DNA of 64,000 bases, taken from positions 8,480-72,479 of the forward strand of contig JAGCXO010000013.1 in the NCBI GenBank assembly GCA_017961285.1, given 5' to 3'. Every line of letters begins with the position of its first letter. Position 1 is the first letter of the stretch. This DNA comes from Alphaproteobacteria bacterium. Lineage in GTDB: Bacteria; Pseudomonadota; Alphaproteobacteria; RF32; CAG-239. The position numbers and the translations under genes are program-made. A model generated the notes under the pieces. The model saw only the letters and a list, made by a program, of their open reading frames with translations. It ran no database searches and was not told the origin of the DNA. Shown piece by piece: positions 10,490 through 20,343 of this stretch.

Positions 10490-10518
10490 AAAAGGAGGTT
10501 TTCAAAACCTCCTTTTTT
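10490..10518. terminator. Bidirectional rho-independent terminator between the autotransporter gene and xerC-like gene
   Basis: AAAAAGGAGGTTTT-ca-AAAACCTCCTTTTTT forms a perfect 10-bp stem flanked by A-run and T-run. Confidence 0.8.
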
Positions 10519-10526
10519 GATGCTAA

Positions 10527-11447
10527 TTATTTTAGTAAATCGGCTTTTTTATATTCTTCTTGTAAATGAGAAATTTCTATTTCTGTATAGCGTTGAGTGG
10601 TAGATAAAGAAGAATGTCCCAACAGTTCTTGAATGGAACGCAGTTCGGTTCCGGCGGCGAGAAGATGGGTGGCAAAAGAGTGCCGTAAGGAGTGCGGAGT
10701 TATGTTTTTTGGTAGTCCCATACAGTTGCGGATTTTTTCCATTTGACGCTGAATAATCCGTGGAGATATGCGTTCACCGCGAGCTCCCAAAAATATGGCT
10801 TCTCCCTGCTGAAGTTTATAGGGGCAGGCATCAAGATATTTATTTATGGCCTCATTGACTACAGGAAGCAGCGGAACAATGCGTTCTTTGTTGCCTTTTC
10901 CTTTTATGCGTAAAAAATCTTTGTTATCAAAGTCGCCGATATTGGTGTTGATTGCTTCGGAAATGCGCAATCCGCAACCATAAAGCAAAGTAAAAATGGC
11001 AATATCACGCAATTTGATCCAATTTTCATCTTCATACTTCGGAGTTTCATCCAACAGTTCAAAAGTTTGTTCAACATCCAAAGCGCGAGGAAGATATTTG
11101 GCTTTTTTGGGCGAATTTAAGATGCTTATTGCTGTGTTATGAATTATGTGTTTATTATCGAGCCAAGTAAAAAAATTGCGAATCGAAGAGATTTTTCGAC
11201 ACAGTGATGTTTTGTTCAAATTTTTGCGGGCAGAAATAAATTTTCTGAATTCGCTGATTGGAAGCGTTTGCAAATTTTGTAAAGATGATTCTTCCGGAAA
11301 AAAAGATAAAAATTGCGATAAATCACGAGCATAGGCATCGGTGGTGTGAGAAGAATATTTTCTTTCGTTTAAGAGCCAATTTTGCCATTGATCTATATAT
11401 TTGCAAAGATCAGAATCGGCATAAAATGTAATTTTATTTTTGGTCAT
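10527..11447 (-). CDS. Tyrosine site-specific recombinase of the XerC/XerD family
   Basis: The 306-aa product contains the C-terminal catalytic motifs ...HSLRHSFATHLLAAGTELRSIQELLGHSSLSTTQRYTEI (R..HxxR..Y). The size and N-terminal SAM-like domain fit Xer recombinases, but I cannot assign it to XerC or XerD. Confidence 0.8.
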   Translation of the reverse strand: MTKNKITFYADSDLCKYIDQWQNWLLNERKYSSHTTDAYARDLSQFLSFFPEESSLQNLQTLPISEFRKFISARKNLNKTSLCRKISSIRNFFTWLDNKHIIHNTAISILNSPKKAKYLPRALDVEQTFELLDETPKYEDENWIKLRDIAIFTLLYGCGLRISEAINTNIGDFDNKDFLRIKGKGNKERIVPLLPVVNEAINKYLDACPYKLQQGEAIFLGARGERISPRIIQRQMEKIRNCMGLPKNITPHSLRHSFATHLLAAGTELRSIQELLGHSSLSTTQRYTEIEISHLQEEYKKADLLK

Positions 11448-11458
11448 ATACCATAGGC

Positions 11459-13228
11459 CTATTCTTTTATGGAAGAGAAAATCTTTTCAAATTTTTTTTG
11501 GTCGATTTTAATAGGAACGTGTTTTTCTTTTCCGTTATTGATTTTTTGCAGAACGGTTTCTTTGTTGAGTTCATTACTGGAATCTTTCAATTTTATGGCG
11601 TGGTTCCATTGATAAACAGCTTCATATTTGCGCCCCATATCCCAATAAGCATCGCCTAAATGGTCATAAATAACGGCTTCGGAAGGTGACGCATCTGATG
11701 CTTTTTCAAGATAGAAAATGGCTTTTTCATAAAGTCCGATTTGGTATAGTGCCCAACCGAGGCTGTCTATGATGCTGCCTTCATCAGGCGCTTGTGTATA
11801 GGCGTCAACGATGAGTTGAAAGGCCTCTTCAATATTTTTGCGGTTTTTCAACAGGCTGTATCCGAGATAATTTTTTACCATAAAATTATTGTTTATGGAG
11901 AGCGCTTGACGAAGGATTTTTTCGGCCTTGTCAAAATCGCCCATGCTTTCATATACGGAACCTAAAGCGAGCAAAATCGCCCAACGTTGTTCGTTTATGG
12001 GTTCGGGAAATAAATCTAAAGCTTTTTGGTAGTAGATAGATGCGTCTTTATAACGTTTATAATTGCGCATAATTTCGCCGAGACTTAAATATACTTCGGC
12101 ACCTGGTTGATAGTTTAATAAATTTCGCAATATAGGTTCTGCTTTTTCAAATTGTTCCATTGCCAGCAGGTTTTTAGCAATTTGAAATTGGGCGATATTA
12201 TAATTGTATTGTTCCGGTTTAATTTGCTGATAATAATAGTTTGCTTCTTTATATAATTCTTTACTGTCCAAGATGTTGCCGATTAATAATTTCGGGGCAT
12301 CATAGTTTGGATTGGCATAAATGGCAAGGGAAGCAAAAAGAATACTTATTTCTTCTACGTCGGGTTGATTTTTTAAAATTGCCGCAATACCAAACAAGGA
12401 ATCGGAAAGGCCGACAAGAGGAGAAGTTATTATAGGCGAGATGTCGGAGGAAGAAAGGTTTATATCTTCAATAATTTTTTGTGTGGAATAGCTGTTTTGA
12501 TCTTCTGCAAGTGACTTTATGATATTGAGTTTTTCCTGATTTGAATTACGCAGATAAAAATTGGAGAGGACTTGCAGGGGAAATTTGCTCAAGGCGGCAC
12601 CACGCACATTTGTCAGCATAGAATAGTATTTATCTGCTTCTTGATTTTTTTTCAAATAATCGCTGATTGCTCCGGCATTAAAAAGGTATATATTATGCAA
12701 AGCGCTGTCTTTTAGCAACGGTTCAAGAGCTTTTATGGCATTTTCATATTGTCCGAGGCCGGCGTAAAACCATGATTTGGTGACGGGGTTGAGTAAGTTG
12801 CGTGCAAAATTGTTGTCGCATTTGTCAGCAAATTCGATGGCTTGTTGATAATTTTCGTGTTTGGCTTCGTAAACGGATTTTATTGTGTAGATGAAGGGAC
12901 TTTTGTCTTTGTTTTTTATAGCTAAATCAGCATATTTGACGGCTTCGTCGATGCGACCTTGTGAGGTGAGCATAATATACAGTTGATTGATGATAGGAGT
13001 GTCAGACGGCATCTTTTCTACCGCTTTCATATAGTAGTCGGCGGAAATGTTGAAGTCGTGTCTTATATGTGCAACGCGTCCGGCAAGGTATGCTCCATAA
13101 TAATTCCCGGCCGGTTCAATAGACGTAATTTCAATGATATTTTTTTCTTGGTTGTCATTTATATGACAGCACGTGCAACTAAAAATAATACCTGCGATTA
13201 CAGCTAAAACTAATGCTATTTTATCCAT
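11459..13228 (-). CDS. TPR-repeat lipoprotein
   Basis: The N-terminus MDKIALVLAVIAGIIFSCTCC has a lipobox-like Cys. There are multiple 34-aa helical repeats with the W/LG/Y and A..Y..A spacing typical of TPRs. The gene lies 11 bp downstream of the xer gene on the same strand. Confidence 0.6.
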   Translation of the reverse strand: MDKIALVLAVIAGIIFSCTCCHINDNQEKNIIEITSIEPAGNYYGAYLAGRVAHIRHDFNISADYYMKAVEKMPSDTPIINQLYIMLTSQGRIDEAVKYADLAIKNKDKSPFIYTIKSVYEAKHENYQQAIEFADKCDNNFARNLLNPVTKSWFYAGLGQYENAIKALEPLLKDSALHNIYLFNAGAISDYLKKNQEADKYYSMLTNVRGAALSKFPLQVLSNFYLRNSNQEKLNIIKSLAEDQNSYSTQKIIEDINLSSSDISPIITSPLVGLSDSLFGIAAILKNQPDVEEISILFASLAIYANPNYDAPKLLIGNILDSKELYKEANYYYQQIKPEQYNYNIAQFQIAKNLLAMEQFEKAEPILRNLLNYQPGAEVYLSLGEIMRNYKRYKDASIYYQKALDLFPEPINEQRWAILLALGSVYESMGDFDKAEKILRQALSINNNFMVKNYLGYSLLKNRKNIEEAFQLIVDAYTQAPDEGSIIDSLGWALYQIGLYEKAIFYLEKASDASPSEAVIYDHLGDAYWDMGRKYEAVYQWNHAIKLKDSSNELNKETVLQKINNGKEKHVPIKIDQKKFEKIFSSIKE

Positions 13229-13353
13229 CGACTCTTGCTCCTTTGTTTTTTTGTTTCCTATATTATCAAAATTAATTAACTATACAACAGAAAAGATGAA
13301 GATAATATAATTATTTGATTGCAAAAATTGTGATAAGGGCATAGCATGCAGGC

Positions 13354-14100
13354 ATGATGGATGTGAAAGAGGTATTAAATTGGTATATTGATGCCGGAGT
13401 TGATGTGATTTGCGGAGATGAGTTGATGTCCGCAAATGTTTTGGATGTGCCTGCTAATGTTGAAAAGCCGGTGGCAGATGTATCACAAATGGGGATGGCG
13501 GCGCGCAAAAACGCCAGACAACTTTGTGAAAAAGCACATAGTTTGGCGGAGTTGGCACAGTATGTGGAAAGTTTTGACGGTTGTCAATTGAAAGCCACTG
13601 CTAAGAGGACAGTTTTTGGCGATGGTGATGAGAAAGCAAAAATTTTGTTGGTCGGTGAAGCACCGGGAGCCGATGAGGACAGAGAAGGAAAGCCATTTGT
13701 CGGCAAAAGCGGTATGTTGCTGAATAAGATGTTGGCTTCTGTCGGAATTGAGCGGAAAAATTGCTATATAACCAATATTTTGATGTGGCGTCCGCCCGGG
13801 AACAGAACACCAACAGGAGCGGAAGTTGCCGTTAGTTTGCCGTTTTTGAAAAGAAAAATTGAATTGATTGATCCCAAAGTGATTGTCGCACTTGGGGCGC
13901 CGGCGGCAAATGCTTTGATGAATATAGAGGAGCCTATTTCTAAAATAAGAGGAAAATGGTTGGAATATGAATTATCCGTCGGGAAGAAAATTGATTTGTT
14001 GCCGACGTTTCATCCGGCGTATTTGTTAAGAAATCCTGCTCAGAAAGCTAAAAGCTGGGCGGACTTGCTTAAGGTAAAGAAAAAATTATCCAACAGTTAA
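13354..14100 (+). CDS. Uracil-DNA glycosylase, family 4
   Basis: The product contains GEAPGADEDREGKPFVGKSG (the family-4 UDG motif GEAPG..E...G.PFvG.sG) and a C-terminal HPAYLLR motif. Confidence 0.8.
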   Translation: MMDVKEVLNWYIDAGVDVICGDELMSANVLDVPANVEKPVADVSQMGMAARKNARQLCEKAHSLAELAQYVESFDGCQLKATAKRTVFGDGDEKAKILLVGEAPGADEDREGKPFVGKSGMLLNKMLASVGIERKNCYITNILMWRPPGNRTPTGAEVAVSLPFLKRKIELIDPKVIVALGAPAANALMNIEEPISKIRGKWLEYELSVGKKIDLLPTFHPAYLLRNPAQKAKSWADLLKVKKKLSNS

Positions 14101-14181
14101 GATGTTTTTTTTATAAAATGTTGGCAAATTAAAATATATGAATTATTATGTGTAAATAAATAATCTATAGCGAGGATAAAT

Positions 14182-14889
14182 ATGATGTATATCAGCAAAG
14201 TATTTTTTTGTGGTTTAGCCGTTTTAGCGGGAATTAGTTCTGTTCAGGCTTCTGAGGCAGATACTTCTAATAAAGAGGCGATATTGTTTAAGGTTCACGA
14301 TATTGTTCCTGTGAAAAATAATGAAGGTGAGGTTATAAGCTGCGATTATAAGGCGACTTTTTATAATCGTTCCGGTGTTAATGTCAACGGAGCAGTGCTT
14401 GATTTTGTTTGGCATGATAATGCCATAGCAGATATCGTTGACCAAGAAAAGAAAGATGATGCCAAGGAAAATAACAGAAACATCAATCGCGCAAGAAGTA
14501 CTACTGAAAAGATAACAGATAAAGATGTTGTTACTTCTGTTGAGGTTCCGGCAATTGCCCCTTCTTCGCAAGTTGAGATTAAGTCCAATGTGAATACGGA
14601 CAGATGCTTTTTGTTGATTGAGGATCTTGATTATAGTGTAAAGAGTTGCAATGCTTCCGGTGGTGTTTCTAAAGGAAGAAACACTGATTCATCTTGTTCG
14701 GGGATGTTTATTTATGTTTCGCCGAAAGATGCACAGTATTATTTGGAATTTAAGGCGATATCTGTTGCAGAACAAAAATCTGCCGAGGAAAGTGAAGTTG
14801 AAAAGAAGAGAAAGCAGAATGATGAAGCTTATCGCAAAGTAATCGGGGCACTTGATTCTACAGGTTCAATAGTTTCAAATATTAAATAA
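14182..14889 (+). CDS. Secreted hypothetical protein
   Basis: The 235-aa product has a Sec signal MMYISKVFFCGLAVLAGISSVQA and no recognisable domain. It is the first of three tightly packed genes. Confidence 0.4.
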   Translation: MMYISKVFFCGLAVLAGISSVQASEADTSNKEAILFKVHDIVPVKNNEGEVISCDYKATFYNRSGVNVNGAVLDFVWHDNAIADIVDQEKKDDAKENNRNINRARSTTEKITDKDVVTSVEVPAIAPSSQVEIKSNVNTDRCFLLIEDLDYSVKSCNASGGVSKGRNTDSSCSGMFIYVSPKDAQYYLEFKAISVAEQKSAEESEVEKKRKQNDEAYRKVIGALDSTGSIVSNIK

Positions 14890-14898
14890 GCATTATTT

Positions 14899-15549
14899 AT
14901 GATGAGCAATAAGTGTTTGAAATATATATTGATTGGAGTTGCTCTTTTGTGGGCGGCTGTTGCTAAAGCTCAGTTTTTGCCGAATGCTGATACCGGTGTT
15001 TTCCCAAATAAAGAAATAAAGCCTGTAGGTTCTGTGCAAAATTCGAATGTGGAGGTTAGGGCGCCAGTTTCTGCTGCGCAGGTTGCGGCTGAAGAAAGAA
15101 GATTGCGAAAAAATATGACTTCTCCTTTTGATTATTCAAAAATTGATGTTAAAAAGAAGGATGCCCCTAAGGAAGATGCAGTTACTATTACCAGTAAAGA
15201 CGGCAAAAAGCTTGATCGTGAAGCTATTTTAATTTTTATGAAGAATTTTAATGTTTACAGAACGGCTTCGGGACAGGTCAGATGCTCGGTACGTTTCGGG
15301 CTGGTCAGCACCTATAAAGATGATATTTCAAATGTAAGTTATGAACTGAAGTGGCCAAAGATGTCAACAAGGCTTTCGTTTCCCGATATAGAGCCTCAGA
15401 TTGGTTATTATATTGATTATTTGTTGTTGGGTGACGGTTGTTATACAATGGATAAAGTTCCTAATGTGATTGTTAACAGATGCAGAGTAAAAAACAGAAC
15501 TCAGGAATCTTGTGCAGCTTCGGTCAGCTGGATTAAGTTCGGTATGTAA
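14899..15549 (+). CDS. Secreted hypothetical protein
   Basis: The 216-aa product has a signal peptide MMSNKCLKYILIGVALLWAAVAKA. Its stop abuts the next gene's start (15549/15550). Confidence 0.4.
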   Translation: MMSNKCLKYILIGVALLWAAVAKAQFLPNADTGVFPNKEIKPVGSVQNSNVEVRAPVSAAQVAAEERRLRKNMTSPFDYSKIDVKKKDAPKEDAVTITSKDGKKLDREAILIFMKNFNVYRTASGQVRCSVRFGLVSTYKDDISNVSYELKWPKMSTRLSFPDIEPQIGYYIDYLLLGDGCYTMDKVPNVIVNRCRVKNRTQESCAASVSWIKFGM

Positions 15550-17295
15550 GTGGGCCAAATGTTTAGAAAATTTTTGTTAATTGTTTGGGGGTTGCTTTTT
15601 TCTTTTGAGGCCAATGCCGGTTTTGGAAAAATTGAAGTTGTCGATGCCGATTTGCAAAAAGCCGTTATGAAAGAAGTGAAGATATCTAAAAAAGATATTT
15701 CTTTGTATAAGGATATTTTTGCGGCAATTCGTAAAAATGAGATTGAAAAAGCAGATGAGCTTGTCGGCAAATTGAAAAGTGATGCGCTGATGGGGCATGT
15801 GCTGGCGCAAAAATATTTGAGCGCAAAATATATTTCTAATTATAAAGAACTGCAGGAGTGGTTGAAGAAATATTCTTCTTTGCCGCAACAGAGGTCGATT
15901 ATAAATTTGGCAAAAGTGAAAGCTCCGGGATATAAGGCTCCAAAAAAGCAGCCGAAAAAGAAGACTATTTATGCGCCATATGGTTGGTTTAAGGAAAAAT
16001 ATAAAAATTTGAAGCCTGCTGACAGAAGATTTGTCAGAGGACAGGTGCTTGATTTTTTGCGAGCAATCAGACATTCTGATAATGAAAAAGCGCTTAAAAT
16101 TATGCAAGATAAAAGATTTCGTATGACTATTCCGGATAAATTTTATGACGGGATGAGCGGAACTTTGGTTACTTCGTATTTTTATGAGGGAGAATATGAA
16201 AAAGCTTTGGAGTGGTGTGAAAAACCCGTAAAGCGTAGTAATGAGCCGACAGCCGCTTGGTTTGGGGCAATGGCGGCATGGAAGGTGCAAAACTATAAGA
16301 AAGCTGCCGAGTTGTTCGAGAAATTGGTGTCGTTTAATAATGAAGATCAATGGTTGACTGCAGGTGGGGCTTTTTGGGCTTATAGAGCAAATTTGAAGTT
16401 GGGGAAGAAGGAGAAAGCTAAAGAATATCTTCAGGCGGCGGCTAATAAAGAGCGGACTTTTTATGGTATTTTGGCGAGAAAATTTTTGGGCAAAGAGCCT
16501 AAATATACTGCTGATCCTGCGGCATATTTCAATAATTTTGATGAAGATGATTATCGCAAAGAAATTGTTAAATCACCGGCTTTGCGCCGCGCGGTTTTGC
16601 TTTTGATGGCGGAAGAATATGATTTGGCTGAAGATGATTTGCGTAAAAATTATCCCAATTTTTCCATGAAGCAAAAAGAGTTAGCAATGTTTTTGGGGCG
16701 GCAATACAGTTTGGCCAATCTGTCCTTTTTGTTGGCAAATGGTATGAAGAATTATAAAAAACATAGAACTTATGACGGATTTTTCTATCCTTATCCGAAC
16801 TGGAAACCGGAGGACGGGTGGAAAATCAACAAGTCTTTGATTTGGGCATTGGTGCGTCAGGAATCGTTGTTTGCACACAAAATCAGAAGTTTTGCCGGTG
16901 CTTGCGGGCTGATGCAGGTTATGCCGAATACTGCGGCAAATGTTACCAAAGATAAAGAATATAAAAAGGGTTGCAAGTTACTGTTTGATCGCAAAAATAA
17001 TTTGCGGATAGGTCAAAATTATGTTGATATTTTGCAACAAGATGATGAAATCGGGAAGAATTTGTTTTTTATCGCGGCTTCTTATAATGCCGGACCGCAT
17101 AGTGTGAAAAAATGGAAGGCGCGCAAAAATTATGATGATGATCCTCTGATGTTTGCCGAGATGATACCTTGGCGTGAGACCAGATTATATGTCAAAAAAG
17201 TGGTGGCGAATTATTGGATGTATAACTATTTGCGCGGCAAACCGAGCCAGAGTTTGCAACAGCTAAAAGATGGAAAATGGCCGCTTTTGGATTAG
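15550..17295 (+). CDS. Soluble lytic murein transglycosylase (SLT domain, GH23) with N-terminal superhelical domain
   Basis: The protein has a signal peptide. The C-terminal domain contains LIWALVRQESLFAHKIRSFAGACGLMQVMPNTA (catalytic E-S and GLMQ motifs of SLT) and the AASYNAGP motif. Confidence 0.75.
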   Translation: MGQMFRKFLLIVWGLLFSFEANAGFGKIEVVDADLQKAVMKEVKISKKDISLYKDIFAAIRKNEIEKADELVGKLKSDALMGHVLAQKYLSAKYISNYKELQEWLKKYSSLPQQRSIINLAKVKAPGYKAPKKQPKKKTIYAPYGWFKEKYKNLKPADRRFVRGQVLDFLRAIRHSDNEKALKIMQDKRFRMTIPDKFYDGMSGTLVTSYFYEGEYEKALEWCEKPVKRSNEPTAAWFGAMAAWKVQNYKKAAELFEKLVSFNNEDQWLTAGGAFWAYRANLKLGKKEKAKEYLQAAANKERTFYGILARKFLGKEPKYTADPAAYFNNFDEDDYRKEIVKSPALRRAVLLLMAEEYDLAEDDLRKNYPNFSMKQKELAMFLGRQYSLANLSFLLANGMKNYKKHRTYDGFFYPYPNWKPEDGWKINKSLIWALVRQESLFAHKIRSFAGACGLMQVMPNTAANVTKDKEYKKGCKLLFDRKNNLRIGQNYVDILQQDDEIGKNLFFIAASYNAGPHSVKKWKARKNYDDDPLMFAEMIPWRETRLYVKKVVANYWMYNYLRGKPSQSLQQLKDGKWPLLD

Positions 17296-17300
17296 GTTGA

Positions 17301-18485
17301 TTATGCGGTAAGACGGTAGGTGTCTTCGGCAATAACAAGTTCTTCATCTGTTGGAATAACAAAAACTTTTACTTTGCTGTCCGGTGTGGAAATTTCTGCG
17401 GTTTGTCCGCGAAGTTGATTGTTTTTTTCATCCAATTTTATACCGAGATATGATAATTGCTCGCAGATTTTTTGGCGCAGAAGCGGTGAGTTTTCACCGA
17501 TGCCGGCCGTGAAAATTATGGCATCAACACCGCCCAAAACAGCAATATATGCGCCGATATATTTGATGATGCCGTGAATATAAACGTCATAGGCAGTATG
17601 CGCCATTTTGTCGCCGGCAATATAACGGTCTTCAACATCACGGCTGTCGGAATATCCGCCGGAGAGGGCGTATAAACCGCATTCTTTGTTGAGCATGAGG
17701 TGAACTTCTTCCGAAGTTTTGTTTTGGGTTTGCATGATGTGCAAAGGAACAAAGGCGTCAATATCGCCGCAACGTGTGCCCATTACAATTCCGCCGGTGC
17801 CGGTGAAACCCAAAGATGTATCAATGCTCTTGCCGTCCTTGATGGCGGTTATGGAACCGCCGCTACCCAAGTGGCAGGAAATAATTTTGTGCGCGGAAGG
17901 CATAATTTTTTGCAATTCTCGTGAGACAAAATAGTGTGAGGTGCCATGGAATCCGTAGCGTCTGATGTGGTGTTTGGTATATTGTTCCATCGGCAGAGCA
18001 TAAAGATAGGCTTTTTCCGGCATGGTTTGGTGAAAAGCCGTATCAAAAACCGCAACCTGCGGAATATTTGGTAAAAGTTTTTGCATGGCCTCGATACCGT
18101 GCATAAAAGCTTTGCCGTGGAGAGGAAGCAGATTTTGGGCTTCTCTAATTTGGGAAATGTTATCTTTGGTAATGATGGTCGAACTCTTAAAAGTTTCGCC
18201 GCCATGACCAAGTCTGTGGCCGACAGCGGAGAGTTCGTCGATTGAAGAAAGAACATTTTTAAGGAGAAGATTTAAAATTTCTTTCAAAGTAACTTCATGA
18301 TTGGGCAAATCTATGGAAAATTTTTGCTTTTCCTGTCCGGTTTGTTGAAAACTCAAAGTTGAACCGTCAAGTCCGATGCGTTCGGCAAGCCCTTTGGCTA
18401 GGAGTGTATGTTCATTGTTGTTGAAAGAAAATAATCTGTATTTTAGTGATGATGAGCCTGAATTGAGGACTAAAATTTTTTTCAT
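17301..18485 (-). CDS. ackA: Acetate kinase
   Basis: The 394-aa product starts MKKILVLNSGSSSLKYRLF (acetokinase signature 1) and carries HLGSGGS, TSMGFTPL-like (TSLGFTGTGG) and VHGGG-like motifs. Confidence 0.85.
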   Translation of the reverse strand: MKKILVLNSGSSSLKYRLFSFNNNEHTLLAKGLAERIGLDGSTLSFQQTGQEKQKFSIDLPNHEVTLKEILNLLLKNVLSSIDELSAVGHRLGHGGETFKSSTIITKDNISQIREAQNLLPLHGKAFMHGIEAMQKLLPNIPQVAVFDTAFHQTMPEKAYLYALPMEQYTKHHIRRYGFHGTSHYFVSRELQKIMPSAHKIISCHLGSGGSITAIKDGKSIDTSLGFTGTGGIVMGTRCGDIDAFVPLHIMQTQNKTSEEVHLMLNKECGLYALSGGYSDSRDVEDRYIAGDKMAHTAYDVYIHGIIKYIGAYIAVLGGVDAIIFTAGIGENSPLLRQKICEQLSYLGIKLDEKNNQLRGQTAEISTPDSKVKVFVIPTDEELVIAEDTYRLTA

Positions 18486-18581
18486 AAATCTTCTCCAATG
18501 TTGTTTTTTTATGCGGCTATATTAATAGTATATTTACTTTTTACAAGAGAAAATTGATACAAAATAATTTTGTTATAGGAG

Positions 18582-20330
18582 ATGTATATGTCATATTTAG
18601 ATTTGGTGAACAGTCCCGAAGATTTGAAAAAAATGAATATGGATGAGATGAAAGTTTTGGCTGATGAAATCAGACAGGCAATTTTGAACAGAGACAGTCA
18701 AATCGGCGGGCATGTCGGACCGAATTTGGGAATTGTGGAGACAACGATTGCTTTGCACTATGTTTTTGACACACCGAGAGATAAAATTGTTTGGGATGTG
18801 TCGCACCAATGTTATCCGCATAAAATACTGACGGGACGCAAAGAGGGTTTTTTGACGGCGGAAGGAATGGCAAAAATCTCCGGTTATACGAACCAAGATG
18901 AAAGTGAGCACGACTTTTTTAAGGTGGGGCATACTTCTACATCGGTGAGTTTGGCTTGTGGTTTGGCAAAGGCCAGAGATTTATTGAAGCAAAAACATAA
19001 TGTGATTGCGGTGATTGGTGACGGTTCGCTTTCGGGCGGAGAAGCTATGGAAGGTTTTAATAATGCCGCAGTCTTAAATAGCAATATTATAATAATCGTG
19101 AATGATAATGAGATGTCAATTGCAGAAAATCATGGCGGATTATATAAAAATCTGCGGTTGCTGAGAGAAACAAAAGGACAGGCGGAATGCAATATGTTTA
19201 AGGCGCTGGGATTTGAGTATTTGTATGTAGATGATGGAAATAATCTGGCAGATATGATTGAGGTGCTGAAAAAAGTTAAAGATATTAAAGTGCCTTTGGT
19301 TTTGCATGTTCATACCTTGAAAGGCAAAGGTTATGAATTGGCAGAAAAAAATAAGGAGCAGTGGCATTGGAATTTTCCTTTTGATATCAAGACGGGAAAA
19401 ACGGCTTTTGAAATGCCGGAAGAAAATTATAACAATATTACGTATGATTATTTGGAAAAGAAAATTGCCAAAGACAAGAGTATTGTGGTTGTGAATGCGG
19501 CAACTCCGGGAGTTTTCGGTTTGTCACCGGAGCGCAGGGCAAAATTGGGAGAAAATTTTGTTGATGTCGGGATTGCTGAAGAGCATGGAGTGGCTTTTAC
19601 TTCGGCTTTGGCAAAAGGCGGTTGCAAGCCGATTTTTATGGTGATGAGTTCTTTTGTGCAGAGAACATACGACCAGTTATCACAGGATTTGGCTTTGAAC
19701 GAAAATCCGGCGGTTGTGCTTGTGGGATGGGGAGGAATTTCGGGTGCGGATATGACGCATTTGTGCACTTTTGATATTCCGCTTATTTCCAATATTCCGA
19801 ATTTGGTATATTTGGCACCGGTTTCGGTTGAAGAATATTCGGCAATGCTTGATTGGGCGGTTGAACAAAAGAAATATTCGGTGGTTATCAGAATGCCTAA
19901 CCGGATGTTGCATGAAAAAAATTTTGTTGAGGATGACTATTCGGAAATCAATAAATATAAGATTATGCAAAAAGGTGAAAAAACGGCAATTATTGCTGCC
20001 GGAAGCTTTTATGGACTGGCTTTGGAAGTTGCAGATAAAATGCCTGATAAACCGACAATTATCAATCCGCGTTATCTGACCGGTGTTGATGAAAAATGTT
20101 TGGAGAACCTTGAAAAAGACCATTCGTTGGTTATAACTTTGGAAGATGGTGAAATTGACGGCGGTTTCGGGGAGAAAATTGCCAGATTTTATGGTCCAAA
20201 AAATATGAAAGTTTTGAATTTTGGGGCAAAGAAAGAATTTAGCGACAGAGTGAATGTTAATAAACTTTATGAACGCTACCATTTGACGCCGGAGTTAATT
20301 GTTGCCGATATAGAAAAAATGCTGAAGTAA
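18582..20330 (+). CDS. dxs: 1-deoxy-D-xylulose-5-phosphate synthase (transketolase-like, TPP-dependent)
   Basis: The N-terminus is GGHVGPNLGIVETTIALHYVFDTPRDKIVWDVSHQCYPHKILTGR. It is followed by GDGSLSGGEAMEGFNNA..NDNEMSI (TPP-binding GDG..N) and a C-terminal transketolase domain. At 582 aa it is slightly shorter than typical Dxs. Confidence 0.75.
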   Translation: MYMSYLDLVNSPEDLKKMNMDEMKVLADEIRQAILNRDSQIGGHVGPNLGIVETTIALHYVFDTPRDKIVWDVSHQCYPHKILTGRKEGFLTAEGMAKISGYTNQDESEHDFFKVGHTSTSVSLACGLAKARDLLKQKHNVIAVIGDGSLSGGEAMEGFNNAAVLNSNIIIIVNDNEMSIAENHGGLYKNLRLLRETKGQAECNMFKALGFEYLYVDDGNNLADMIEVLKKVKDIKVPLVLHVHTLKGKGYELAEKNKEQWHWNFPFDIKTGKTAFEMPEENYNNITYDYLEKKIAKDKSIVVVNAATPGVFGLSPERRAKLGENFVDVGIAEEHGVAFTSALAKGGCKPIFMVMSSFVQRTYDQLSQDLALNENPAVVLVGWGGISGADMTHLCTFDIPLISNIPNLVYLAPVSVEEYSAMLDWAVEQKKYSVVIRMPNRMLHEKNFVEDDYSEINKYKIMQKGEKTAIIAAGSFYGLALEVADKMPDKPTIINPRYLTGVDEKCLENLEKDHSLVITLEDGEIDGGFGEKIARFYGPKNMKVLNFGAKKEFSDRVNVNKLYERYHLTPELIVADIEKMLK

Positions 20331-20343
20331 AAGGTATAAAAGT

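Noticed and set aside
10527-11447. Tyrosine recombinase next to the autotransporter as an island integrase
   Set aside because: The motifs and size fit chromosome-dimer-resolving XerC/XerD, not phage-type integrases. The gene is not adjacent to a tRNA, and I see no flanking direct repeats.
17293-17303. SLT and ackA convergent stops only 5 bp apart (possible overlapping terminator or antisense regulation)
   Set aside because: No hairpin can form in 5 bp. The gap most likely reflects compact genome organisation, and nothing specific is testable from sequence alone.
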